DNA of 64,000 bases from a bacterium (lineage in GTDB: Bacteria; Actinomycetota; Acidimicrobiia; Spongiisociales; JAHEDJ01), in contig JAHEDJ010000001.1 in the NCBI GenBank assembly GCA_024641325.1, forward strand, positions 23,594-87,593. The letters run 5' to 3'. Made by a program: the position numbers and the translations under genes. Below are positions 29,777-38,403 of the stretch, piece by piece (the first letter of the stretch is position 1; each line of letters begins with the position of its first letter). The notes beneath the pieces are model-generated. The model ran no database searches, was not told where the DNA came from, and saw only the letters and a list, made by a program, of their open reading frames with translations.

Positions 29777-30397
29777 ATGGCGAAGTACAAGTCGCGCAAG
29801 CGGAAGCAGAGCATGCTGCCGCTGGCCCTGGGTGTCGTTGGAGCGTTTGCCGTGCTGGCGGTTGTTGCCACCATGCTCAGCACGGACGAGGCCTCGGTTT
29901 ACGGAGATATCACGGTGCGGGGGGAAGGGTTGCCTGCGTTCGTTGCCGGCGCTCCCGATGCTGCGATAGGCCTCGCACTTCCCACCATCGAGGGTGCCGA
30001 TTTCGACGGCAACCCCGTCACGATCTCCGACGACGGTAGACCCAAGCTGATTCTCAACCTGGCGCACTGGTGACCTGTCTGCCAGTCCGAGGTCTCGGAC
30101 TTGCAGCGCTACTTCGATGAAAACGGTTTGCCTTCGGCAGTTGATCTCTACTCGACCTCGATTCTCGTCGAGCCTTCCAGAGTCAACTACCCGCCCGGCG
30201 CCTGGCTGGAGCGTGAAGGGTGGACGCCACCGGTGATCGTGGATGATCGGACCGACTCGGTTCATTCAGCGCTGGGAATGCCAAATGTCCCGGCGTGGGT
30301 TGTCGTGGGTAGCGATAACGTGGTCATTCAGCGAGTAGCCAGCGGCATCACCACGGAGCAGTTCGAGGAACTCGTGGCACTGGCGGCCGGCGCCTGA
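29777..30397 (+). CDS. TlpA/ResA-like membrane-anchored thiol-disulfide oxidoreductase, putative selenoprotein (in-frame TGA at 30071-30073 read as Sec; active site W-U-P-V-C)
   Basis: Track ORFs 29732..30073 and 30101..30397 are in the same frame. The start MAKYKSRK is preceded by an AGGAA SD sequence, and an N-terminal TM helix is present. The product reads ...GRPKLILNLAHW-U-PVCQSEVSDL..., with the TGA at the first Cys of CxxC and a SECIS-like hairpin downstream. Confidence 0.7.
30079..30106 (+). promoter_or_regulatory. Putative bacterial SECIS element (12-bp stem with one mismatch, GGUC tetraloop)
   Basis: The sequence is UGA-CCUGU-CUGCCAGUCCGA-GGUC-UCGGACUUGCAG. The loop G and U positions and the spacing from the UGA are like E. 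coli fdhF. Confidence 0.6.
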
Positions 30398-30474
30398 TCT
30401 CACTTGCAGGATTCAACATGCGGTGCGGTATGATGCCGTCCGCCCGTCTGCCAGGCGCGCCCATTCGGGGGTGG

Positions 30475-30546
30475 TGTAATTGGCAACACAGCAGGTTCTG
30501 GTCCTGTCATTGAGGGTTCGAGTCCTTCCCCCCGAGCGAGCCCGGT
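30475..30546 (+). tRNA. tRNA-Gln (anticodon CTG)
   Basis: I folded the cloverleaf by hand, finding a U1-A72 acceptor TCGGGGG/CCCCCGA like bacterial tRNA-Gln. The D-arm is GTGT-AATTGGCA-ACAC, the anticodon loop is TTCTGGT, and the T-loop is TTCGAGT. Confidence 0.7.
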
Positions 30547-30569
30547 AACGGGCACAAACGGCCCCGTCG

Positions 30570-30643
30570 TCTAGCGGCCTAGGACGCCGGCCTCTCAAGC
30601 CGGTAACGCCAGTTCGAATCTGGTCGGGGCTGCCGCACCGACA
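30570..30643 (+). tRNA. tRNA-Glu (anticodon CTC)
   Basis: The sequence is near-identical to the tRNA-Glu at 23597, with anticodon loop CTCTCAA and T-arm GCCAG-TTCGAAT-CTGGT. Confidence 0.8.
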
Positions 30644-30648
30644 CCCCT

Positions 30649-30675
30649 GCTCAGCGGGGGTGTCGCCGCGTCTGT
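30649..30675. terminator. Hairpin CGACACCCC-TGCTCAGC-GGGGTGTCG downstream of the tRNA pair
   Basis: The inverted repeat is visible directly. No U-tract follows, so it may be a processing or termination structure. Confidence 0.35.
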
Positions 30676-30791
30676 AAGTCGACCGGCGGTGAAACCGGCC
30701 ATGTCGCAGAAGCTGTGATCACGGCACGGAACTGAGTTCGCAGTCTGGGTTACGTCCGGGGAAGGATGAGCCGACTCTCAGCCGTGGATTG

Positions 30792-31501
30792 TCAGGTTTT
30801 CCCGTAGACCGGGATCACGCCGCCGGAGACGACCTCTGACTCGGGCGATACGAGAAACTCAATGACCTTGGCGATTTCGTCGGGAGTCGGCCAGTGGACG
30901 TAGTCGGCAAATGGCAGCGCCTCGCGTGTGGCAGGCGTGTCGATGACGGAAGGCATGACGACGTTGACGGTGATGTTCGTGTCGTCGAGTTCCACAGACG
31001 CCGACTTCGCCAATGCCACCACGCCGGCTTTTGCCACGTTGAAGGCTGCCTGGCCGGCCGGAGTGTCGAGAGCGGCGCGGCTTCCCACGAGGACAACGCG
31101 GCCGGCCTCGGAAGAACGCAAATGAGGTATCGATGTGCGAAGGGTGTTGAAAGCCGAAACCAGATTGAGGTCGAGCATTCGTTCCCAGCGCACGTCCGAC
31201 GTTTCTTCGATGTCGCGACCGCCGGCCCAGCCGCCGACGAGGGAGCAAACGATGTCAACCGACCCGAAACGCTCTTTGGTCTCGTTGAGGAAAGCTTCCA
31301 TCTCTTGTGGGTTTGAGGCGTCAACGCGCCTCAAGAGCAGCTGCTCCTCATCGAGGTCCAGGGCCGTCTCAAAAGCCGCAGACTCCTCGGGGCGCACATA
31401 GGTGACGGCCAGACGGTGCCCCTTGGCAGCGAGGCGTTTGGAGAGTGCGGTTCCCAAACCGCCGGTTCCCCCCGTGAGCACTGCAACACGCTGATCGGTC
31501 A
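30792..31501 (-). CDS. SDR-family oxidoreductase
   Basis: The start [28 protein letters not shown] carries a TGxxxGxG Rossmann motif. It sits after a GGAGG SD sequence. Confidence 0.75.
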
Positions 31502-31577
31502 TCGAACCTCCTTGGCGGCAAGCATAGGCGCTCTGTGCTACATTCGAGCGGGTCACCACGAGCAATCAGGAGGCACA

Positions 31578-32786
31578 GTGGCTGCCATCACTATGAAGTC
31601 GGTGGGCAAGGTCTATCCGGGTGGAATGCGTGCGATCCACGACGTCGACCTCGAGATCGGCGACGGTGAGTTTGTTGTTCTGGTCGGCCCCTCCGGCTGC
31701 GGAAAATCGACTTTGTTGAGAATGGTGGCCGGCCTCGAAGAGATCACCGAAGGTGAGATCACCATTGGCGATACGGTGGTCAACGATGTGCCGCCCAAAG
31801 ATCGCAATATTGCGATGGTGTTTCAGAACTACGCGCTATATCCGCATATGAGTGTGTTCGACAACATGGCTTTCGGTCTCAAGTTGCGCAAGATGCCCAA
31901 AGAGGAAATCAACCGGCGGGTTGGAGAAGCTGCTGCGATTCTTGAGATCACCGAGTTTCTGGACCGCAAACCGAAAGCTCTGTCCGGTGGTCAGCGGCAG
32001 CGGGTGGCGATGGGCCGGGCGATTGTTCGTGAGCCGGCCGCCTTCTTGATGGATGAGCCGCTTTCTAACCTCGATGCCAAGTTGCGGGTGCAGATGCGTT
32101 CCGAGTTGGGGATACTCCACAGCCGTTTGAAGACGACCACTCTGTATGTGACCCATGATCAGGTCGAAGCGATGACGATGGGCGACCGTGTCGCAGTGCT
32201 CAAGGCCATCTCCGGCAAAGAGATCCCGAACTTGATGCAGGTCGACACTCCCCGCAATCTGTACGATCGCCCCGACAACCTGTTCGTCGCAGGGTTCATT
32301 GGGTCTCCTTCGATGAACTTCGTCCTTGGGACCGTGGTAGCGGAGGGCGATTCGACCTATGTGACCTGGGCCGACACGAAACTGCGCGTCGACCGTTCGA
32401 CACTCGATGCCCGTCCAGATTTGGCCAACTATGCCGGCAAAGAGATCGTGGTCGGCTTGCGTCCTGAGGGGTTCGAGGCGAAGGCAGCGGTGACGGGTGA
32501 GTTCGACGATCAACGCGTGATGACGATCAACGTCGACCTGGTGGAGCAGTTGGGCTCCGAAGCCTTCATCCATTTCGAGCAGCCCCTCCCGCCGGTGATC
32601 ACACCTGACATCCAGGAACTGCTTGCAGACCAGGGCGCGGATGCTTCGACCCTCGGCAACACCACCGCCTTCACGGCCCGGATTAACCCCGACTTCGCCC
32701 CGAAGACGGGCGATCGGGCAGAGTTGATTGTCGACACGACGAAACTCCACTTCTTCGACAAGGAGACCGGCTCCGCCATCTGGTAG
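31578..32786 (+). CDS. Sugar ABC transporter ATP-binding protein (MalK/UgpC/MsiK type), stand-alone
   Basis: The product has a Walker A motif GPSGCGKST, the signature LSGGQRQR, and a C-terminal MalK-like regulatory/TOBE domain. The GTG start follows AGGAGG. No permease or SBP gene is adjacent. Confidence 0.8.
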   Translation: MAAITMKSVGKVYPGGMRAIHDVDLEIGDGEFVVLVGPSGCGKSTLLRMVAGLEEITEGEITIGDTVVNDVPPKDRNIAMVFQNYALYPHMSVFDNMAFGLKLRKMPKEEINRRVGEAAAILEITEFLDRKPKALSGGQRQRVAMGRAIVREPAAFLMDEPLSNLDAKLRVQMRSELGILHSRLKTTTLYVTHDQVEAMTMGDRVAVLKAISGKEIPNLMQVDTPRNLYDRPDNLFVAGFIGSPSMNFVLGTVVAEGDSTYVTWADTKLRVDRSTLDARPDLANYAGKEIVVGLRPEGFEAKAAVTGEFDDQRVMTINVDLVEQLGSEAFIHFEQPLPPVITPDIQELLADQGADASTLGNTTAFTARINPDFAPKTGDRAELIVDTTKLHFFDKETGSAIW

Positions 32787-32789
32787 TGC

Positions 32790-33548
32790 CTACGGGCTCA
32801 ACACTTTGAACGACTCGGCGAGGTCGAGTCCGGCCGGTTGTGCTTGTCGGCGAGCCCAGGCCTCCATGCGAGACCGAAATGCTTCGCGTTCCGCCCGGCC
32901 CTTGTGTGCATCCCCCATCGTGGTTGTTCCCTGTGACGAGTGAGCAAGCAGTGCCTCGAGCTTTATGTCGAATGTGTCGGTGATGTCGACCCAATGGTCC
33001 GCTTCGTCCGCGCCCCATAGATATATCCAATCAGGTCGATGTTTCTCGACGCCGCCGACGAGTTGATCGGTAAAGAACAAGTGATCGCGCGCCGCTACGA
33101 TCCCGTCGATGGCGGCGAGTCCGGTGACGCGATGATCCGGGTGAAGCTGATATCTCTGCCAGGGATCGTGTGTCAGCACAACGTCGGGCCGGATTCTCCT
33201 GATCCACAGGCACATCTCTCTGCGCAGTGCCATCGAGTATTCGAGTTCGCCGTCGGTGTGGCCGAGCATTATCGAGGTGGTGGCGCCTATTGCGGCAGCC
33301 GCGGTGTGCTGCTCGTTGCGGCGCTGATCGACCAGGGTCTGGTGGTCGACTTTCGGATTCCAGGAACCTTTCGAGCCGTCGGTGACAATCAGCATGGTGA
33401 TCTCGCACCCGGCCGCGGCCCAGCCGGCCAGCGTTCCTCCCGCTCCGAACTCCGCGTCGTCGGGGTGGGCGCCGATGGTCAGGGCTCGTGCCGGGATGCC
33501 GTCAGGTCGATCTTCAGCACGGGCATCGGGATGGATACCGCTTTTCAT
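32790..33548 (-). CDS. PIG-L/LmbE family deacetylase
   Basis: The motif AHPDDAEFGAGGTLA and a later HPDH are typical of the MshB/Mca/BshB LmbE fold. Confidence 0.7.
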   Translation of the reverse strand: MKSGIHPDARAEDRPDGIPARALTIGAHPDDAEFGAGGTLAGWAAAGCEITMLIVTDGSKGSWNPKVDHQTLVDQRRNEQHTAAAAIGATTSIMLGHTDGELEYSMALRREMCLWIRRIRPDVVLTHDPWQRYQLHPDHRVTGLAAIDGIVAARDHLFFTDQLVGGVEKHRPDWIYLWGADEADHWVDITDTFDIKLEALLAHSSQGTTTMGDAHKGRAEREAFRSRMEAWARRQAQPAGLDLAESFKVLSP

Positions 33549-33557
33549 GCCGGGAGC

Positions 33558-34151
33558 CTACCGGCCGATAGCCTGATCGAGCCAGGTCCCGCGCGGGTGG
33601 CGAGCTGCCGCCGCGTAGTCGGAGGGAGCATCTACGTCCAGAAGAAAGCCGGTCCTCGCAATGACGCGGACGGGGTGCCGGCGGACGCCGGCCAGATGAC
33701 GATGAAAGGAACCAGGGCCGTAGGCAAACGAAGGCACAGGCGCCTTGCCGGCGAAGACGCTGGTGCCTCCGTCGCGCGATGGAGCCAGCAGAAACCCATC
33801 CCGGGGTATCCGATCCCAGGCGGCTCGCACGTCCTCGGGTGTGAGCAGCGGGAGATCGGCGTGGAGGATCATCCATCTTCCATTTGCGGCCAGCTCGATG
33901 ACCCGACTCGCAGCCGCATTGAGGCCCTCGAGTCGCTCGAGAATGATCCCGGCACCCCGATCATCAGCCCACTCGGCCACAGCCTCGTCGCTCGTGACGA
34001 CCCACACGGCACCGACGGTCCGAGCGACCACCTCCAGTGTGTGAGCCGCGACGGCCCGTCCGAGCTTCTCTCGCTGCTCCGCATCAAACCCCACAGCCAT
34101 CCTTGCCTTGGCGAGGTCGAACTGTTTGAGGGGAACTGCCGCAATGTCCAT
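33558..34151 (-). CDS. cofC: 2-phospho-L-lactate guanylyltransferase-like (CofC/FbiD family, F420 biosynthesis)
   Basis: The product is a MobA-like NTP transferase of about 198 aa. The N-terminus MDIAAVPLKQFDLAKARM matches the CofC consensus (V-P-x-K-x-x-x-x-AK-R/S-R-L). Confidence 0.55.
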   Translation of the reverse strand: MDIAAVPLKQFDLAKARMAVGFDAEQREKLGRAVAAHTLEVVARTVGAVWVVTSDEAVAEWADDRGAGIILERLEGLNAAASRVIELAANGRWMILHADLPLLTPEDVRAAWDRIPRDGFLLAPSRDGGTSVFAGKAPVPSFAYGPGSFHRHLAGVRRHPVRVIARTGFLLDVDAPSDYAAAARHPRGTWLDQAIGR

Positions 34152-34257
34152 GACCCAGAGGCTAGAGCCATTATGGGCCATCGCCGTTCATGCAGCTCGG
34201 GACTATTCGTGCCGCCACCGGTGTTGGCTAGATCCGAACCAAACGAGAGGATTGTCG

Positions 34258-34542
34258 ATGGCCAGCGCTTTGTGGAACGGCGTAGTACTGGCGGAGAGCG
34301 ATGACACGGTCATTGTGGAAGGCAACCATTACTTCCCTCCCGGGTCGATCAAAATGGAGTACTTCCGGCAATCGGATAGCCACACTTCATGCCCGTGGAA
34401 GGGTACGGCGAGCTACTACGACCTGGTTGTGGACGGTCGGGTGAACCCTGGAGCTGCATGGTTCTACCCGGAGCCGAAGCCTGCAGCTCGCCAGATCCGC
34501 GACTACGTGGCCTTCTGGAGGGGCGTTTCCGTTCAAGCATGA
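34258..34542 (+). CDS. DUF427 domain protein
   Basis: The 94-aa product starts after a GAGAGGA SD sequence. The sequence NHYFPPGSI...CPWKGTASYYD fits the DUF427 pattern. Confidence 0.5.
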   Translation: MASALWNGVVLAESDDTVIVEGNHYFPPGSIKMEYFRQSDSHTSCPWKGTASYYDLVVDGRVNPGAAWFYPEPKPAARQIRDYVAFWRGVSVQA

Positions 34543-34629
34543 GCTCCAGCAGAAGGCCGGGATTTCGTTGTGCTCGAATGCCATCTTTGACCGGCGCTGC
34601 CCTACGCTTGATTCTCACGGAGGACAGCC

Positions 34630-36099
34630 ATGACCATTAGCGCGGGCCGGGAAGAGAACATTTCCGCACGCCAGACAAAGATCATTGCAACGCTCGGGCC
34701 TGCCGTGGCCTCGGGCGAAGCGATCTCGGCACTGGTCGAGGCTGGAATGAATGTGGCCCGGCTCAACTTCTCGCACGGTAGTCACGAGAACCACCGCAGC
34801 TTCTTGGAGTGGGTCAGGGCCGCAGCCGCAGAGCACAATCGTCCGGTCGCCATCCTGCAGGACATCCAGGGACCCAAAATGCGTGTCGGCAGCTTTCCGG
34901 GTGGATCGTGCGACCTCGCGGCCGGATCCGAAGTCGTTTTGGTCGCAGGCGATGATGAGGCGATCCCGGGGACTATTCCGATCGACTACCCGTACCTGCT
35001 CGACGACGTGGAGGTCGGCGAACCGGTACTACTAGCCGACGGACTGATTCGCTTGGAGGTCGTGAAGCGAATGCCCGATGGACTGCGGTCCCGGGTGATC
35101 GAGGGCGGTGTTCTGTTCGATCACAAAGGCGTGGCGTTTCCAGACACACAGCTTCAAGTCCCGGCCGTCACCGAAAAAGATCGCGCCGATCTTCTATTCG
35201 GGCGCGAACTGGGCGTCGACTACGTTGCGGCTTCGTTCGTCCGCTCCGCAGCGGATATCGCCGAAGTGGCCTCTCTGGTGGAACCGGGGACTCCGATCAT
35301 CGCCAAGATCGAACTGGCAGCTGCTCTGTCCAATCTCGACGAGATCCTGTTGTCGGCCCAGGGAGCGCTGGTCGCGAGGGGTGACCTCGGAGTGCAACTC
35401 CCGCTGCAGCGAATTCCACTGATTCAGCAGGACATCCTGCGGCGCGCCAACAGAGCCGGAATCATCTCGATCACGGCCACTGAGATGCTGGAGTCGATGA
35501 CCGACTCACCCCGACCGACGCGGGCGGAGGTAACAGATGTGGCATCGGCGATCATCGGCGGTACCGACGCGGTGATGCTGTCGGCTGAGACTGCCATCGG
35601 ACGCTATCCGGTACGTGCAGTTCAGATGATGGATGCAATATGTCGCGAGGTCGAAGCCGGCTTGCGGGAGTCGGAAGGTGTAGTCGACATAGCTTTCCTC
35701 GAAAGCAACCCGACTTTCCCCAGCGCGACGGCCAAGGCGGCCGTCGATACGGCCGCCAACCTCAAGATCAAGACGATCGCCGCCTTCACCGAATCCGGCA
35801 ACACCGCCTTGTTGCTCAGCAAGTACAGGCCCCACGCGCGGATCATCGCGTTCTCGCCTGAGCCGGCAACCCTGTTGCGGATGGCGCTGATGTGGGGCGT
35901 GACTCCGATGGCGTCCGATCGTCGGGATTCCACCGACCTGATGATCGCCTGGGCAGAGAAACACCTCGAACGAGCCGGTTTCTGTGAAGAGGGTGAGGGT
36001 GTTGTCGTCGTGGCGGGAACTCCACCGAACCAGCAGGCGTCGACCAATCTCATGAAGCTGCACGTAATCGGCGATCGACGAAGGCGCGGGCAGCGATAG
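34630..36099 (+). CDS. pyk: Pyruvate kinase
   Basis: The product contains TKIIATLGPA...MNVARLNFSHG and is colinear with Pyk (489 aa). A GGAGG SD sequence precedes the start. Confidence 0.9.
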   Translation: MTISAGREENISARQTKIIATLGPAVASGEAISALVEAGMNVARLNFSHGSHENHRSFLEWVRAAAAEHNRPVAILQDIQGPKMRVGSFPGGSCDLAAGSEVVLVAGDDEAIPGTIPIDYPYLLDDVEVGEPVLLADGLIRLEVVKRMPDGLRSRVIEGGVLFDHKGVAFPDTQLQVPAVTEKDRADLLFGRELGVDYVAASFVRSAADIAEVASLVEPGTPIIAKIELAAALSNLDEILLSAQGALVARGDLGVQLPLQRIPLIQQDILRRANRAGIISITATEMLESMTDSPRPTRAEVTDVASAIIGGTDAVMLSAETAIGRYPVRAVQMMDAICREVEAGLRESEGVVDIAFLESNPTFPSATAKAAVDTAANLKIKTIAAFTESGNTALLLSKYRPHARIIAFSPEPATLLRMALMWGVTPMASDRRDSTDLMIAWAEKHLERAGFCEEGEGVVVVAGTPPNQQASTNLMKLHVIGDRRRRGQR

Positions 36100-36136
36100 C
36101 GTTAGACTGCCCCGACCGTTTTGAGGAGCAGTTCGT

Positions 36137-36430
36137 TTGGGCCAGAAGATCGAGATAGCGAGTTCCATCACGATCGGCGACGTCGCCGTGTTCGATACAG
36201 ACCGCACGCTGAGTGGTCAGGACGGCGAGCGGTATCGGTCCCTGGATGAGACGGAAGGACGGACAACCTATCCGGCCGGTGTCGCCAGGGCTCTCATGTC
36301 GGGAGACGAAGCCGTACAAAGCGTCTACATCACCTCGAATGTCGTAACGATCGAACGACGGGGCGGTTGGGACGAGGAGTCACTCAACGAAGCCGGAAGG
36401 CTGATCAGCGACTTCTTCTTGTTCTACTAG
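36137..36430 (+). CDS. Nfu/NifU N-terminal-like domain protein (small Fe-S scaffold-related?)
   Basis: The 97-aa product has a VQSVYITSNVVTIERRGGWDE...ISDFFLFY pattern resembling Nfu_N (V.SVF.G.DFITV.K...W...I.DFF). The call is tentative. Confidence 0.4.
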   Translation: MGQKIEIASSITIGDVAVFDTDRTLSGQDGERYRSLDETEGRTTYPAGVARALMSGDEAVQSVYITSNVVTIERRGGWDEESLNEAGRLISDFFLFY

Positions 36431-36436
36431 CGATTC

Positions 36437-36457
36437 GCAATTCGCGATTCGAATTGC
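36437..36457. terminator. Hairpin GCAATTCG-CGATT-CGAATTGC between convergent genes
   Basis: A perfect 8-bp inverted repeat lies in the 32-bp gap between the stops of the + and - genes. Confidence 0.35.
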
Positions 36458-36462
36458 AAACG

Positions 36463-38334
36463 CTACGGGACTGTGGTGGTAGTGGTCACAGCCGTCGTCG
36501 ACGTTGTGGGCGGCGGCTCTGAGGTGGTGGTCGTCTCCGGTATGGGGCACTCTTCGCCGGTGTAGCCCTCAGCTCCTTCCGGGATCATGCATGAATGCAC
36601 CTCGATTTCACGGGGCTGTGCCTTGTAGCGGACCAACCAGGATTCCTCCCGCACCGTTCCATCCGACTCGGTGATCACCCGGGTGACGGTTACGGACCAG
36701 CCGTTCCGGCCCTCGACGGTGACGAGCTCCTCCTCCGGAGTGAGTTCATCATTGGCTATGTAGTCGGTGGTGGGATCGGTGAAGTTGAATCGTCCCGATG
36801 TACTTCCCTCAACTGTGAGACCGCCGTTGTCGCCGAAAAATTTCACTGTGATCGTTGTGTCGTCGTATTCGGTCTTGATGAGCACAGCCGCGGCGGTGTC
36901 GTTCCGGAATACGAGATTCGGCAGCGGCCACGAGATTGTCGCCTCTATGCCTTCCGGATACCGGGAGAAGTAATAGCTGTGCGGGGTATGGGTCACGTCT
37001 TCGTACCCGCCCCAAAAAACGGCGTTGTAGAACGTGGTTGCGAACTGGCTGACACCGCCGCCGACGGTATCCACGATCTTCCCGCCGATGATGGTCGGAG
37101 CAGGCTTGAATCCACGATCGGTCGTGCGCTGCCCGACGTGTTCATTGAGGGAGAAGGATTCGCCGGGCAGCACAAGCGCGCCGTCCACGATGTCGGCGAA
37201 GAGATGGATATTCTCGACCCGCAGCTGACAGCAGGGATGGTTGGTGCTCGCCTCCGAGACGAGGCCTGTGATGCCCAACGATTCAAGGTATTCCGTTGTG
37301 ATTTCCGGTTCGGCGCCGTCCTCGAAAGGCATGACCCCGATGCGGCTAACAGTCATCGCAGCCTCTTCCAGGGCCACTGCTGCGAGTGCCGGATCGATGA
37401 TCGTTCCCGATCGACCCGGCACGACTGTGATGCTGTCGTCTTCTTCTCCGAATTTGAATGTCGCGTCGACGGGAGGAACCTCGAGCTGGGCGCGCAGCGG
37501 CTCGAGTATTGATGCGACCTTCTCGGCCGAGAATCGGACCAGCAGCGTGGGGCGCGGCTCCAACACGAACTCCGTCTCGAATGCTTCGGCGAGGTCGGAG
37601 GTGGTGAAGGTGACCTCGACGGCCGGGTTGTCTCTGGTCAGAGTGACCCCATCGGACAGCATGCGCGTGGCAAGTGCCACGGCGGCGTCGATTTCTGTGC
37701 CCGTGAGTGGAGCGGCAACGTTGACGGTTGGCAGTGACTGCGCTTCTCTTGGAGTCGAGAGAAGCGACGCGACGATCACTCCGACCGACACCTCTCGATC
37801 GACAATCGTTCCGGCAGTCGGATAGGCGGCCACCGGAAGGCCATCGATGAGGATGACGTCACCGGAGTACGGGAGTTCGGCGATGAGCCTCGTGTCCCAA
37901 TCGGTGAGAACCTGATCGAGCGCCGCATGATCTATCTGCCCATCGATCGGTAGGTCGGCCGTCGAGGAGAGGTGTTGCAGCCACCACCCAAACTGACTGA
38001 ACACACTCCCTGTGCGTCCGGTCTCCATAGCAGTCCGCACGGCTTCGGCCTCGTCCAGGTCGAACCCGACCGAGGCGGGATCGAGATCTACGGTAATCCC
38101 GGCGACGGTGAACGGCGCCGTCTGGTCCAGCAGGAAATCCTCATAGGCCGACAGGGCCTGGACTGCCCCGTCTTCATCGAGACCCGATAGGTCAACGCCC
38201 GCCACCGCAACGTTTCGAAGTGCCTCTCCGGAGTGCGCGAATCTGTCGAGGCCGAAGGCAACCACAACGACGAGGATTAGCCCTGCCATAGACAGGGCGG
38301 CGATGATCAGCAAGCGGCGAAATGAGGATGTCAC
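36463..38334 (-). CDS. VanW-family protein with N-terminal TM anchor and C-terminal Thr/Pro-rich tail
   Basis: The VanW-like core is GGGVSQFATTFYNAVFWGGYEDVTH...FRNDTAAAVLI. There is an N-terminal TM helix, and the C-terminus is PETTTTSEPPPTTSTTAVTTTTTVP. Confidence 0.6.
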   Translation of the reverse strand: MTSSFRRLLIIAALSMAGLILVVVVAFGLDRFAHSGEALRNVAVAGVDLSGLDEDGAVQALSAYEDFLLDQTAPFTVAGITVDLDPASVGFDLDEAEAVRTAMETGRTGSVFSQFGWWLQHLSSTADLPIDGQIDHAALDQVLTDWDTRLIAELPYSGDVILIDGLPVAAYPTAGTIVDREVSVGVIVASLLSTPREAQSLPTVNVAAPLTGTEIDAAVALATRMLSDGVTLTRDNPAVEVTFTTSDLAEAFETEFVLEPRPTLLVRFSAEKVASILEPLRAQLEVPPVDATFKFGEEDDSITVVPGRSGTIIDPALAAVALEEAAMTVSRIGVMPFEDGAEPEITTEYLESLGITGLVSEASTNHPCCQLRVENIHLFADIVDGALVLPGESFSLNEHVGQRTTDRGFKPAPTIIGGKIVDTVGGGVSQFATTFYNAVFWGGYEDVTHTPHSYYFSRYPEGIEATISWPLPNLVFRNDTAAAVLIKTEYDDTTITVKFFGDNGGLTVEGSTSGRFNFTDPTTDYIANDELTPEEELVTVEGRNGWSVTVTRVITESDGTVREESWLVRYKAQPREIEVHSCMIPEGAEGYTGEECPIPETTTTSEPPPTTSTTAVTTTTTVP

Positions 38335-38403
38335 GAAAACCCCCGGAGGCCAGCAAGTGTAGTTGCACCGAATTCGTCTCCGGCCGTCGATACCATCATC
38401 ACC

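Noticed and set aside
30398-30660. tRNA-Sec (selC) next to the Sec-TlpA genes
   Set aside because: The two tRNAs here fold as ordinary 72-74-nt tRNA-Gln(CTG) and tRNA-Glu(CTC). No roughly 95-nt tRNA with a UCA anticodon and long variable arm is present. The Sec machinery must be elsewhere in the genome.
31836-32750. 304-aa minus-strand ORF
   Set aside because: It is antisense to the MalK-like ABC ATPase gene.
33039-34304. 421-aa plus-strand ORF
   Set aside because: It is antisense to the PIG-L deacetylase and cofC genes. The translation is low-complexity and Arg/Gly/Pro-rich, typical of spurious antisense ORFs in high-GC DNA.
36595-37512. 305-aa plus-strand ORF
   Set aside because: It is antisense to the VanW-family gene.
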